NCBI RefSeq assembly: GCF_963921235.1
Contig: NC_086101.1
Location: 1,674,001-1,738,000, forward strand
DNA length: 64,000 bases
DNA from: Mobula hypostoma
Lineage: Eukaryota
Reading direction: 5' to 3'
Shown: positions 49,580-62,531 of the stretch, piece after piece
How positions within the stretch are numbered: the stretch's first letter is position 1
Layout of the letters: the number at the start of each line of letters is the position of its first letter
Position numbers and translations under genes: made by a program
Notes under the pieces: generated by a model
What the model saw: only the letters and a program-made list of their open reading frames with translations
What the model was told of the DNA's origin: nothing
Databases searched by the model: none

Positions 49580-49924
49580 CTCAAGTTGCATGCCATCTTG
49601 GACAATGTCTCCCATCCACTACATAATGTACTGGGTGGGCACAGGAGTACATTCAGCCAGAGACTCATTCCACCGAGATGCAGCACAGAGCGTCATAGGA
49701 AGTCATTCCTGCCTGTGGCCATCAAACTTTACAACTCCTCCCTTGGAGGGTCAGACACCCTGAGCCAATGGGCTGGTCCTGGATTTATTTCATAATTTAC
49801 TGGCATAATTTACATATTACTATTTAACTATTTATGGTTCTATTACTATTTATTATTTATGGTGCAACTGTAACGAAAACCAGTTTCCCCTGGGATCAAT
49901 AAAGTATGGCTATGACTATGACTA
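49580..49924 (+). mobile_element. Young Rex1/Babar 3' end
   Basis: KLHAILDNVSHPLHNVL...SFLPVAIKLYNSS; AATAAAG then (TATGAC)n tail. Confidence 0.9.
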
Positions 49925-50585
49925 AATATGGAACAAAGAGATGTTGGGATCCAACACCAGATATCCCTCAAAGTTGCCATGCAAGTTGATAGTGTGTCTA
50001 GCAGTCATGTGGTGTGCTGACCTTCATTAGTCGGGGAATTGAGTTCAAAATCTCCCAGGTAATGTTGCAGCTCTGTAAAACCCAGATTAGACCACAGTAG
50101 AAATATTGTGTTCGGTTCTGGGTGCCTCATTATAGGAAGGATGTGAAAGCTTTAGGGAGGAAGTTGAGGAGATTTATTCGAATGCTCCCTGGATAAGAGT
50201 GCATGTCTTTATGAACATGGGGGAGCAAACTAGGGATCGTCTCTTTGGAGTGAAGGAGGTTGAGAAGTGTCTTGATAGAGGCGTGCAAGATGATAAGTGA
50301 CATGAATGGAGTGGATAACCAGAAACTTTTTCCCCAGGTTGGAAATGGCGAAAACAAGGGAACTTAATTCCCAGGTGATTGGAGAAGAGTATAGGGAGAA
50401 TGCCAGAAGTACAGTACACAATGAGCGGAATGCACTGTCTTGGGTGGTGGTAGATGCAGATACTTAGGGGCATTTACAAAACTCTTAGGTACACACATCA
50501 GTGATAGAAAAATGGAAGGTTATGTCGGAGGGAAGGGTTATGTTGACCTTAGAACAGGTTAAAAGATTGGCACGTCACTGTGAGT
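49925..50585 (+). mobile_element. Old CR1 3' part within the inverted segment
   Basis: GTAATGTTGCAGCTCTGTAAAAC...TATTGTGTTCGGTTCTGG...TATAGGAAGGATGTG. Confidence 0.75.
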
Positions 50586-50677
50586 CAAAGGGCCCTTGGG
50601 AAGCTGAGAGGTTAACTTGCAGGACGTGTGAGGAAGGCAAATGCCATGTTAGCATTGATTTCAAGAGATCTAGAATA

Positions 50678-51506
50678 GTCACAGTCATAGTCATACTTTA
50701 TTGATCCCAGGGGAAATTGGTTTTTGTTACAGTTGCACCATAAATAATTAAACAGTAATAAAACCATAAATAGTTAAATAGTAATATGTAAATTATGCCA
50801 GGAAATAAGTCCAGGACCAGCCTATGGGCTCAGGGTGTCTGACCCTCCAAGGGAAGAGTTGTAAAGTTTGATGGCCACAGGCAGGAATGACTTCCTATGA
50901 CGCTCTGTGCTGCATCTCGGTGGAATGAGTCTCTGGCTGAATGTACTCCTGTGCCCACCCAGTACATTATGTAGTGGATGGGAGACATTGTCCAAGATGG
51001 CATGCAACTTGGACAGCATCCTCTTTTCAGACACCACCGTCAGAGAGTCCAGTTCCATCCCCACAACATCACTGGTCTTACAAATGAGTTTGTTGATTCT
51101 GTTGGTGTCTGCTACCCTCAGCCTGCTGCCCCAGCACACAACAGCAAACATGATAGCACTGGCCACCACAGACTCGTAGAACATCCTCAGCATCGTCCGG
51201 CAGATGTTAAAGGACCTCAGTCTCCTCAGGAAATAGAGACTGCTCTGACCCTTCTTGTAGACAGCCTCAGTGTTCTTAGACCAGTCCAGTTTATTGTCAG
51301 TTCGTATCCCCGGGTATTTGTATTCCTCCACCATGTCCACACTGACCCCCTGGATGGAAACAGGGGTAACCGGTACCTTAGCTCTCCTCAGATCTACCAC
51401 CAGCTTCTTAGTCTTTTTCACATTAAGCTGCAGATAATTCTGCTCACACCATGTGACAAAGTTTCCTATCATAGCCCTGTACTCAGCCTCATCTCCCTTG
51501 CTGATG
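50678..51506 (-). mobile_element. Young Rex1/Babar LINE, 5'-truncated
   Basis: ORF 50822-51514 WCEQNYLQLNVKKTKKLVVDLRR...LYFLRRLRSFN; near-identical to 49580-49924. Confidence 0.92.
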
Positions 51507-54500
51507 GGAATCAAATTAAAGAGGCTAGGCGTGAGGAGGTTAGTTCACAACAGAGGGATGGGAACCAGTGCAGAGAGACAGAGGGGTGTAAAGTGAGGGT
51601 AGAAGCAAAAAGTACAAAGGAGAAAAGTAAAAGTGGCAGGCCGACAAATCCAGGGCAAGCATTAAAAAGGGCCACTTTTCAACATAATTGTATAAGGGCT
51701 AAGAGAGTTGTAAAAGAGTGCCTGAAGGCTTTATGTGTCAATGCAAGGAGCATTCGTAATAAGGTGGATGAATTGAAAGTGTAGATTGTTATTAATGATT
51801 ATGATATAGTTGGGATCACAGAGACATGGCTCCAGGGTGACCAGGGATGGGAGCTCAACGTTCAGGGATATTCAATATTCAGGAGGGATAGACATGAAGG
51901 AAGGGGAGGTGGGGTGGCGTTGCTGGTTAAAGAAGAGATTAACGCAATAGAAAGGAAGGACATAAGCCGGGAAGATGTGGAATCGATATGGGTAGAGCTG
52001 CGTAACACTAAGGGGCAGAAGACGCTGGTGGGAGTTGTGTACAGGCCACCTAACAGTAGTAGTGAGGTCGGAGATGGTATTAAACTGGAAATTAGAAATG
52101 TGTGCAATAAAGGAACAGCAGTTATAATGGGTGACTTCAATCTACATGTAGACTGGGTGAACCAAATTGGTAAAGGTGCTGAGGAAGAGGATTTCTTGGA
52201 ATGTATGCGGGATGGTTTTTTGAACCAACATGTCGAGGAACCAACTAGAGAGCAGGCTATTCTGGACTGGGTTTTGAGCAATGAGGAAGGATTAATTAGC
52301 AATCTTGTCGTGAGAGGCCCCTTGGGTAAGAGTGACCATAATATGGTGGAATTCTTCATTAAGATGGAGAGTGACATAGTTAATTCAGAAACAAAGGTTC
52401 TGAACTTAAAGAGGGGTAACTTTGAAAGTATGAGACGTGAATTAGCTAAGATAGACTGGCAAATGACACTTAAAGGATTGACGGTGGATATGCAATGGCA
52501 AGCATTTAAAGGTTGCATGGATGAACTACAACAATTGTTCATCCCAGTTTGGCAAAAGAATAAATCAAGGAAGGTAGTGCACCCGTGGCTGACAAGAGAA
52601 ATTAGGGATAGTATCAATTCCAAAGAAGAAGCATACAAATTAGCCAGAAAAAGTGGCTCACCTGAGGACTGGGAGAAATTCAGAGTTCAGCAGAGGAGGA
52701 CAAAGGGCTTAATTAGGAAGGGGAAAAAAGATTATGAGAGAAAACTGGCGGGGGAACATAAAAACGGACTGTAAAAGCTTTTATAGATATGTGAAAAGGA
52801 AAAGACTGGTAAAGACAAATGTAGGTCCCCTACAGACAGAAACAGGTGAATTGATTATGGGGAGCAAGGACATTGCAGACCAATTGAATAATTACTTTGG
52901 TTCTGTCTTCACTAAGGAGGACATAAATAATCTTCCAGAAATAGTAAGGGGCAGAGGGTCCAGTGAGATGGAGGAACTGAGCGAAATACATGTTAGTAGG
53001 GAAGTGGTGTGAGGTAAATTGAAGGGATTAAGGGCAGATAAATCCCCAGGGCCAAATGGTCTGCATCCTAGAGTGCTTAAGGAAGTAGCCCAAGAAATAG
53101 TGGATGCATTAGTGATGATTTTTCAAAACTCGTTGGATTCTGGACTAGTTCCTGAGGATTGGAGGGTGGTTAATGTAACCCCACTTTTTAAAAAAGGAGG
53201 GAGAGAGAAACCGGGGAATTATAGACCGGTTAGCCTAACGTCAGTGGTGGGGAAACTGCTGGAGTCAGTTATCAAGGATGTGATAACAGCACATTTGGAA
53301 AGCGGTGAAATCATCAGACAAAGTCAGCATGGATTTGTGAAAGGAAAATCATGTCTGACGAATCTCATAGAATTTTTTGAGGATGTAACTAGTAGAGTGG
53401 ATAGGGGAGAACCAGTGGATGTGGTATATTTGGATTTTCAAAAGGCTTTTGACAAGGTCCCACACAGGAGATTAGTGTGCAAACTTAAAGCACACAGTAT
53501 TGGGGGTAAGGTATTGGTGTGGGTGGAGAATTGGTTAGCAGACAGGAAGCAAAGAGTGGGAACAAACGGGACCTTTTCAGAATGGCAGGCGGTGACTAGT
53601 GGGGTACCGCAAGGCTCAGTGCTGGGACCCCAGTTGTTTACAATATATATTAATGACTTGGATGAGGGAATTAAATGCAGCATCTCCAAGTTTGCGGATG
53701 ACACGAAGCTGGGTGGCAGTGTTAGCAGTGAGGAGGATGCTAAGAGGATGCAGGGTGACTTGGATAGGTTGGGTGAGTGGGCAAACTCATGGCAGATGCA
53801 ATTTAATGTGGATAAATGTGAAGTTATCCACTTTGGTGGCAAAAATAGGAAAACAGATTATTATCTGAATGGTGGCCGATTAGGAAAAGGGGAGGTGCAA
53901 CGAGACCTGGGTGTCATTATACACCAGTCATTGAAAGTGGGCATGCAGGTACAGCAGGCGGTGAAAAAGGCGAATGGTATGCTGGCATTTATAGCGAGAG
54001 GATTCGAGTACAGGAGCAGGGAGGTACTACTGCAGTTGTACAAGGCCTTGGTGAGACCACACCTGGAGTATTGTGTGCAGTTTTGGTCCCCTAATCTGAG
54101 GAAAGACATGTTTGCCATAGAGGGAGTACAAAGAAGGTTCACCAGATTGATTCCTGGGATGGCAGGACTTTCATATGAAGAAAGACTGGATGAACTGGGC
54201 TTGTACTCGTTGGAATTTAGAAGATTGAGGGGGGATCTGATTGAAACGTATAAGATCCTAAAGGGATTGGACAGGCTAGATGCAGGAAGATTGTTCCCGA
54301 TGTTGGGGAAGTCCAGAACGAGGGGTCACAGTTTGAGGATAGAGGGGAAGCCTTTTAGGACCGAGATTAGGAAAAACTTCTTCACACAGAGAGTGGTGAA
54401 TCTGTGGAATTCTCTGCCACAGGAAACAGTTGAGGCCAGTTCATTGGCTATATTTAAGAGGGAGTTTGATATGGCCCTTGTGGCTACGGGGGTCAGGGGG

Positions 54501-54630
54501 TATGGAGGGAAGGCTGGGGCGGGGTTCTGAGTTGGATGATCGGCCATGATCATAATAAATAGCGGTGCAGGCTCGAAGGGCCGAATGGCCTACTCCTGCA
54601 CCTATTTTCTATGTTTCTATGTTTCTATGT
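51507..54630 (+). mobile_element. Young CR1 LINE, ORF2 essentially complete with about 3 disruptions
   Basis: LCVNARSI; stop at 51782; EN ORF 51914-52774; frameshift near 52750; stop at 53010; RT ORF 53019-54530; (TTTCTATG)n tail. Confidence 0.95.
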
Positions 54631-55026
54631 ATCCAACTCTCCTTATTTCTTTAGTAATTTAGTTCTTTGTTTTTTTTTTAAATTTGCTAATCCTCTAGCT
54701 CCCAACTAATTTTACTATATTACACCATAAGCTCTCACTTTTGCTTTCATGCTGTCTTTGACTTCCCTTCTCAGCCACAGTTGCCTGATGCTTCTTTTCG
54801 AATGGTCCTCCATAGGGAGGAACTTATCCTATGCCTTCTGAATTGCTGACAGGAATTGCAGCCATTACTGTTCAGCCGTCATCCCTGCTAGTGTCCCATG
54901 ATAACCCCTGAAATGCCACTTCACTTCCCCATTCCACACTTACCTTCCCTTGTCTACTTTCCTGTTTCACTCCCTCGAAATAACCCCTACACTGGCTCTG
55001 GACCACTTCTCCCACACTTACTGTAA

Positions 55027-55195
55027 CTCAACAGTTTTACAATCACTTTTAGTTATTCTTTTTAGAAGATGGTTGTGAAATTAAGGAAAAAAATCGAAAC
55101 CCAAAACTAAGAAGTTTAAGGTTGTATGAAAGTAAACTGGGGAAGTTAAAGGAGCACTTTAGGGAAGTTTCAAAAATTTCTGTGTTGTTATCAGC
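55027..55195 (+). other. Unexplained exon-like sequence, copy 2
   Basis: Paralogue of 47812-47973; reads LYESKLGKLKEHF versus LYETKLGKLKGHF. Confidence 0.5.
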
Positions 55196-55625
55196 TGCCT
55201 GGTATGGGAGCTGCACCTCCGTTAATCGCAGGATTCTGCAGAGAGTGGTGCAGACAGCCCAGTGCATCTGTACTTGTGAATTTCCCTTGATTCAGGACAT
55301 TTACAAAGACAGGTGTGAGAAAAGGGCCTGAGGGATCGTTGGGGACCTGAGTCACCCCAACCACAATCTATTCCAGCTGCTACCATCCGGGAAATTGTAT
55401 TGCAGCATAAAAGCCAGGACCAACAGGCTCCGGGACAGCTTCTTCCGCCATGTCATCAGACTGATGAACTCATGCTGATTTGAGTGTACTCTACATTACA
55501 TTGACTGTTCTACTTATTATAAATTACTTTGATTGCACATTGAACATTTAGGTGGAGATGTAACGTAAAGATTTTTATTCCTCATTTTTGTGAAGGTTGT
55601 GAAAAGTAAAGTTGATTCAATTCAA
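55196..55625 (+). mobile_element. Rex1/Babar 3' end
   Basis: AWYGSCTSVNRRILQRVVQTAQ; (ATTCA)n tail. Confidence 0.85.
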
Positions 55626-55734
55626 ACTGCTAGACAAGGGAGAAGTTGAGAGAAGATTTCACCTCAGTGTCAGGAACTGGAACAAGCCGTCCTTACAGAC
55701 TGATATAGCACAGGCTCTGCTGAGAGGAAATGAT

Positions 55735-56753
55735 TCAAGTCTGCTCCTCTGTTCCATCAGGGCTGATTTACTAATCCTCTCAACCCCATTCACCTGCCTT
55801 CTTCCTGTATCCTGACTAATCAAGCACCTATCAACCTCTGCTTTAAATATACTCATTGACTTGACCTGTACAGTCAGCTGTGGCAATGAATTCCACATAT
55901 TCACCACCCTCTGGCTAAAGAAATTCCTCTTCATCTCCGTTCTAGATGTATGTCCTCTATTCTGGGGCTGCATCCTCTGGCCTCAGTCTCCCCCACTATA
56001 GACAATACGACCATAAGATATGCATGTTGGAGCAGAATTAGGCCATCTGCTCTGCCATTTCAACATGGCTAATCCATCTTCCCTCTCAGCCCCAATCACC
56101 TTCCTTCTTCCCGTATCCCTTCATAACCTGACCAATCTACTAATCTCTGTTTAAATATGCATAAAGACTTGACCTCCACAGCTGCTTGTGGCAACGAATT
56201 CCACAGCTTTGCCTCCATTTGGCTGAAGAATTTCCTCCTCAACAGCTAAAGAAAATCCTCGTCATCTCAGTTCTAAAAGGAAGCCCCTCTATTCTGAGGC
56301 TGTGTCCTCTGGTCTTAGACTCTCCCACCATAGGAAACATGCTTTCTACATCCACTCTGTCAAGGCCTTCCAACATTAGGTCACCCATTATTCTTCTGAA
56401 TGTCAGTGAATATAGACCCTGAGCCATCAAACACTCTTCATACAACAATCAGTTCAATCCTGGAATTACTAACGTAAACTTCATTTGAACCTCTCCAGCT
56501 TCATCACATCCTTTCTAAGATAAGGGACCCAAAATTGCACGCAATACTCCAAGTGAGGCCTCAGCTGTACTTCATAAAGTCTCAACTCTATATCCTCTTG
56601 AAATGTAATGCTAACATCACATTTGCCTTTCTGACCACAGACTCAACCTACAAATTAACCCTTAGGGAATCCTGTACAAGGGTTCTCAAGACTCTTTGCA
56701 TCTCAGATTTTTGTATTTTCTCTCCATTTAGAAAATAATCAGTCCTTTCATTT
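55735..56753 (-). mobile_element. CR1 3' fragments; the second is host of the LTR element and resumes at 62532
   Basis: RNFFSQRVVNMWNSLP; GLDRVDVESMFPMVGESKTRGHSL. Confidence 0.85.
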
Positions 56754-59700
56754 TTTCATGTACCCCATGACGGGCTAAAGAACCAGCAGAAATGGAAAAC
56801 GCTTTGGAGTCTGGTATTGCTATCAACTAATGGTATTTATTAGTAACTATGCAATACAGTAATATAAATGTAGATAAATCAAACAGGTTAGCAATGATTA
56901 TATATAAGTAATTGTGGAAATATATGAAAACCAAGCTTCTTCAAGTCTAGGAGTGAATAGATAGTCTTATGATGATGAGTAAAGTTCAGTTCAGTTCGTG
57001 GTGTTGAGTTGGGTAGGGATGGGGAGAGAGAGAGGGAGAGATTTGAATCTTCAGGTGAGCTGACGCTGGCGATCTTCCCACTGTCCTCCAAAATCCTTTA
57101 GAAGTCACTGACTGTGACCACAACAAAGGAGACCATTCCTCTGTAGAGGAATTATCAACCCAGGTGAGGGTTGGACACACAAATAACTATACACCAGCCA
57201 CACCCTTTTCATACTGTGAGAGTCACTGATCGATCTGCCTGATCAATCCTCCAAAACCCACCTATTCTGTGGGCACAACAAAGCTCATTCAGTGTCCAAA
57301 ACCATGTGTCTGTAGGTCTAACAGCTGACCTTGGATTTATCCCACCATGCTGAATACCAGCTGTCCATCAAGCAGCTCCTCCCTTCTCTCTCTGTAAGAA
57401 CTTGGAATCTGCTCGTGTCTTTTCAAAGTGTAAACATACTGCAGAGAAACCATAACACCATCTCAAAGCAGTCTTTGCCTCTCTCTCTCTTTCTTTCTCT
57501 CTCTTTTCAAAAGCACAGTCCATAGGGATAATTCAGGACCCCGTCACACCCCCTTCCCTCAAAAAAAAATTCTGATGAAGGCAAAATTTTTGTTTAAATG
57601 GAAATTTCAGAGTTTGAAACAATACATGTATAATCATCAGTTAACAGAGCAGAACGTGTACAATTCCTAACTTAACATCTGGATAAACAATCAGCTATAA
57701 TATTGTCAGTACCTTTCACATGTTTGATTGTCAGGTCATATTCTTGCAATATCAGAATCCAATTTAATAACCTTCTATTCTTATCCTTCATCTTAGTTAG
57801 AAACACCAGCGGGCTGTGATCCATGTAGACCACAAGTGGTCTCTGGGCAGGTCAAACATAGACTTCAAAATGTTGTAAAGCCAGAATAAGTGCTAGTAAT
57901 TCCTTTTCAACAGTGGAATAATTTTTCTGATGCTCATTAAATTCCTTTGAGAAATAAGCTACTGGGTGTTCAATGTCATCCACTCCCTTCTGTAACAGTA
58001 CTGCCCCACAGCTTCGTCACTGGCGTCTGTTGCTATAGAAAATGGCTTTGAAAAATCAGGTGCCTTGAGCACAGGATGATAACACAGGATAGTTTTCCAT
58101 CGTTCAAATGCCCCCTGGCAAAAATCGCTCCATACAAATCTTTCACTCTTCCCTAGGAGTTTTGTTAGGGGGAGAGTGATATCAGCAAAGTTCTTACAAA
58201 ACTTGCGATAATACCCAAACATTTCCAAAAATCTGTTTAAAGCTTTCTTGCCCGTTGGAACGGGAACCTCAGCAATAGCTTGAACTTTGGCCTGTACAGG
58301 AACCAGTTGGCCCTGGCCTACTACATAGCCAAGATACGTGACAGTGGCGTGGCCAAACTCACTTTTAGCGAGGTTCACAGTAAGATTTGCCTTGAACAGC
58401 ATTTTGAACAATTTTTCTACAGCCGCAATATGCTCTTCCCATGTGTCATTCCAGCCTACTAAATCATCGCTATAAGCCCCTGTGTTTTCTAACCCTCTAA
58501 TCACAGAATTAACCATTCTTTGAAATGTCTCTGGAGCATTTCTCATCCCAAAGGGTAAAACCTTGTACTCATACGGTCCAGGTGGTGTCACAAATGCTGA
58601 TATCTCTTTAGCCCTCTCTGTTAAAGGAACACACCAGTATCCTTTTAACAGGTCAATTTTTGTGAGGTACTTAGCCTTCTCCACTTTATCAATACAGTCA
58701 CCCACTCTCTTTCCTTGTTCCTTCTTGTTTCCAATTTCTCATTCAACCATGTTACTTTCCTCTAAATTCATTCTGTAAGGATGCTCCCTGATGGGCTGGG
58801 CTGAATTTACAATGACGTCATGCCCTTCAGCTGTACACTGTCAGGGAATAAATCTTCCTGCTTGCCAATTAATTCTTTCACTTGTTTTTGCAGTGTAGGT
58901 TCCAACTGATGGACCTTATCAGTAATATTTCTCAAAACAATGGAATTCTTAAATCTTCTTGATACTAGATTCAGTGGGTTAAGATGATTTTTCACCTCAT
59001 TTCCAGACTTCACGACTCCCTTTGTTTTCATAACAGTACCCACAGGCACTACCCTATCAAACAAGTGTTTTATTTTAATTTGAACATTCTGCAAACTTTC
59101 CTTTGCAAGGTCACAAACCTTAATAAATCTCTTCCAGAATTTTAAAACATAATTAAGCACCCTGACACATATTTCCAAATCAGACCACAATTCTTTGAGT
59201 AGGGTCAAAGGTCGTTTTGGCCTGTGACCGAACACAGGTTCAAACAGACTACCCTCCAATGATTTTTGAATCGTATCTCCAGCAGCAAATAAGAGTAGAG
59301 GAACCTTCTCATCCTAGTTTTTCCCACTTTTCACACAATCTGTTTTAATCATGGTCTTAAGAGTGGAGTTGAACCGTTCCAAAGCTCCCTTGGACTCTGG
59401 GTGATACGCAGATGACCCGATGTGCTTAGCTCCCAGTTCTCCAACTATCCCCTGGAATGTTCTCAAAGTAAAGTTACTACCCTGGTCAAATTGAATTTCT
59501 TTGGACAGACCTATCAGTGTGAAAAACTTGCTGAATGCTTTTACCACAGTCTTGGTATTGATGTTTCTGAGAGGCACTGCTTCAGGGAATCTAGACACAG
59601 CACACATAATTGTTAACACATACTGGTGACCAGCTGCATTCTTTGGCAATGGGCCTACACAATCCACTATGACCCTAGAAAAAGGTTCATCAAAAGCAGG

Positions 59701-62531
59701 TGTCAGTTTAAGTGGTGTTACTTGAATAACCTGATTCAGTTTCCCCTCTACTGAGCAGGTATGGCAAGTCCTGCAATAATTCACACCATCCTTTCTTAAA
59801 TTAGGTCAGTAAAATTCCTTCATAATTCTGCTCACTGTCTTTCTCACTCCAAAATGTCCACCTAAAGGCATCTTGTGGGTCAGGTTTAGAATTTCAGCCC
59901 TGTAAACTTTTGGAACCACTACCTGATGTTTAATGGCCCAATCCTCACTTGCAAGCATGGTGGCTGGTCTCCACTTCCTCATCAACACCCCATTTTTAGG
60001 GTAATACCCCACTGACTCTCTCCGAACTTCCTCTTCTGTGAGAGCTGTCTCCTTTAAAGCCACCATTTCCGAATCTTTATTCTGTTCCTCTATAAATTCC
60101 TTCCTTGATAAGGACAAACCTTCCTCATGCACCTTACTCTTCAAATCCTGTTGTAACATGGAAGGCAGAGAAATCTGTGACACACCATCATACTTTAAAC
60201 CTCTGGTTTTGCTATTATGAGCCTCAGCAGACTTCCCAAACATGCTTCGAGTAATTGTGCATGTGGGATAAACATCAGTCTTTCTGTGTGGTTCACTAGC
60301 AACAGCTTTGCTCATCAGTTGAATTGTTAAATCACCCTTACCATGGAGAGATAACAACCTCCCCACGTTATTTACTAAACTTAGCTCCATCACCAGACTT
60401 ATAAAAACCATGTGTACATTGTGTAAGAGGCCAACCAATCTATTTATCTCATTCTTACAACCTTTCTTCTGAGCTATCTCCATAGCAACAAGTACCGATA
60501 GTCCCTCCTGGTCACAACAACACTTCAAGTTTTGTCTCTCCACACCCCAAACTTGAACAACGTCATTGTGAATAACATCATAACCTTGAAGGTGCTTACC
60601 TCCAAATGTCAAAACAAAATTCAACAGAGTGGCACATATTTCCTCAGCAGGCCTTTGTCCTGCAAGCAGGGTCAAAGGTCATGAAACCAATCCAACCTTC
60701 GCAAGGACTTTATTCAAAAGTCCAGAAACAACACTTTTCCCAATACCTTCAGTAACATTCGCCTCATTAATTTTTTATCTCATTACTAACTTTTATCACA
60801 CTGTCTAATACAAGTGACTGGGAATCCTCAATTTCCACTGGTACCAAGGTTAACCCTTTATTCACTGAACCAAAACTATCTGACACAAAAAAAACTGCAT
60901 TCCTTTCCAACCAAGCAAACACCTCAAACTTAAAGTGAGCTTCAGCACGAGGTTCAGTACCCTGTAAATCCACAGGTACTTCAACAAGCTGAACATAGGC
61001 AATCGCAACAGCTGCCTCTTCTAGGCTGTCATCACTTGTCCCAGTTTCAAATTCAAGGTCACCCCGAACCTCCCAGCTACTCTCGGGGTAACTCTCATCC
61101 GGAGTAAACTCAACCTCGTGGGTTAAAACAACTTTGTCTGCTTTCTTAGCAGACCCCCACAGGGTAGCGGTATCCTCTTCATCTAGGTGTGCCCTCACAT
61201 CATAGGGGACACAACTTTTAAATTCTTCAATCACAACCAGCTCTTTCAAGCTGTAAAAATCATCCGGGTCCAACACTGGACCTCTCAGCTGCCACATCTC
61301 CCTCTCGAACTCTCTCTGTTTGTCTGCCTCTCTAGCCTCATGGATCCTCCGCTTTTCTCTATCATCAGTCTCGAGCTGTTTTAATTTCAATTGCAATTTC
61401 AACTGAACCTCAGCCTCAGTAGGTTTCCTTCCAACAAACATTTTCAACACATCCTCGGTAAATTGCTTCGTCGAAATAAAATATTCAACTATTTTTCTTT
61501 GAATTTCTAGCTTAGTCATAACCTTCTTTACCATCTTAAATTCCAGTTCCTCAACAATTTTTCGAAACTCATCCTTTTTAGCTCTCTTCAAAACCACAGT
61601 GTTTGGCGATGCCGGAAATTTCCTAACATCCAGTTCTGCTGTTTTTCCACACAACCAAATCAAAAGGGATTTTCCCCAATCAATTCAAACAAGCCCCCCA
61701 ACCAATTTGTTCCTATCACGGACACAGGCCCCAATTTTGTCACGTACCCTGTGACGGGTTAAAGAACCAGCAGAAATGGAAAACACTTTGGAGTCCAGTA
61801 TTGCTATTAACTAATGGTATTTATTAGTAACTATGCAATACAGTAATATAAAATCAGATATATCAAACAGATTAGCAATGATTATATACGAGTAAGTGTG
61901 GAAATATATGAAAACCAAGCTTCTTCAAGTCTAGGGGTGATTAGATAGTCTTACGATGATGAGTAAAGTTCAGTTCAGTTCATGGTTTTGAGTTGAGCAG
62001 TGATGGAGAGAGAGAGAGAGAGAGAGGGAGAGATTTGAGTCTTCAGGTGAGCTGATGCCGTCAATCTTCCTGTTGTCCTCCAAAATCCTTTAGAAGTCAC
62101 TGACTGTGACCACAACAAAGGGGACCGTTCTTCTGTGGCAGAATTATCAACTCAGGCGAGGGTCGGACACACGAATAACTCCCCACCAGTCACACCATTT
62201 TCACACTGCGAGAGCCACTGATTGATCCTCCAAAACCCACCTTTTCTGTGGGCACAACAAAGCTCATTCAGTGTCCAAAACCATGTGTCTGTAGGTCTAA
62301 CAGCTGACCTTCTATTTATCTCTCCATGCTGAATACTGGCTGTCCATCAAGCAGCTCCTCCCTTCTCTCTCTGTAAGAACTGGGAAACTGCTAGTGTCCT
62401 TGTAGAAAGTATAAACATGCTGCAGAGAAACCATAAAACCATCTCAAAGCAGTCTTCGCCTCTCTCTCTCTCGTTCTTTCTCTCTCTTTTCAAAAGCACA
62501 GTTCATAGGTGTAATTCTGGATCCCATCACA
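56754..62531 (-). mobile_element. Gmr1-like Ty3/Gypsy LTR retrotransposon (gag, INT, RT, RNase H order), decayed
   Basis: LTRs 56754-57548 and 61738-62531; TSD ATTT; tRNA-Pro-like PBS TGGGGCCTGTGTCCGTGAT; PPT GAGGGAAGGGGG; gag 60767-61663; integrase HHCC and core 59314-59900; RT 57959-58705; RNase H to about 57670. Confidence 0.93.

Noticed and set aside
50978..51784. 268-aa ORF spanning two elements
   Set aside because: Chance read-through from antisense Rex sequence into the CR1 ORF2 start
53019..54530. 503-aa reverse transcriptase as a domesticated or retron-like gene
   Set aside because: Ordinary CR1 ORF2 segment with upstream stops, LINE tail and a near-identical second copy
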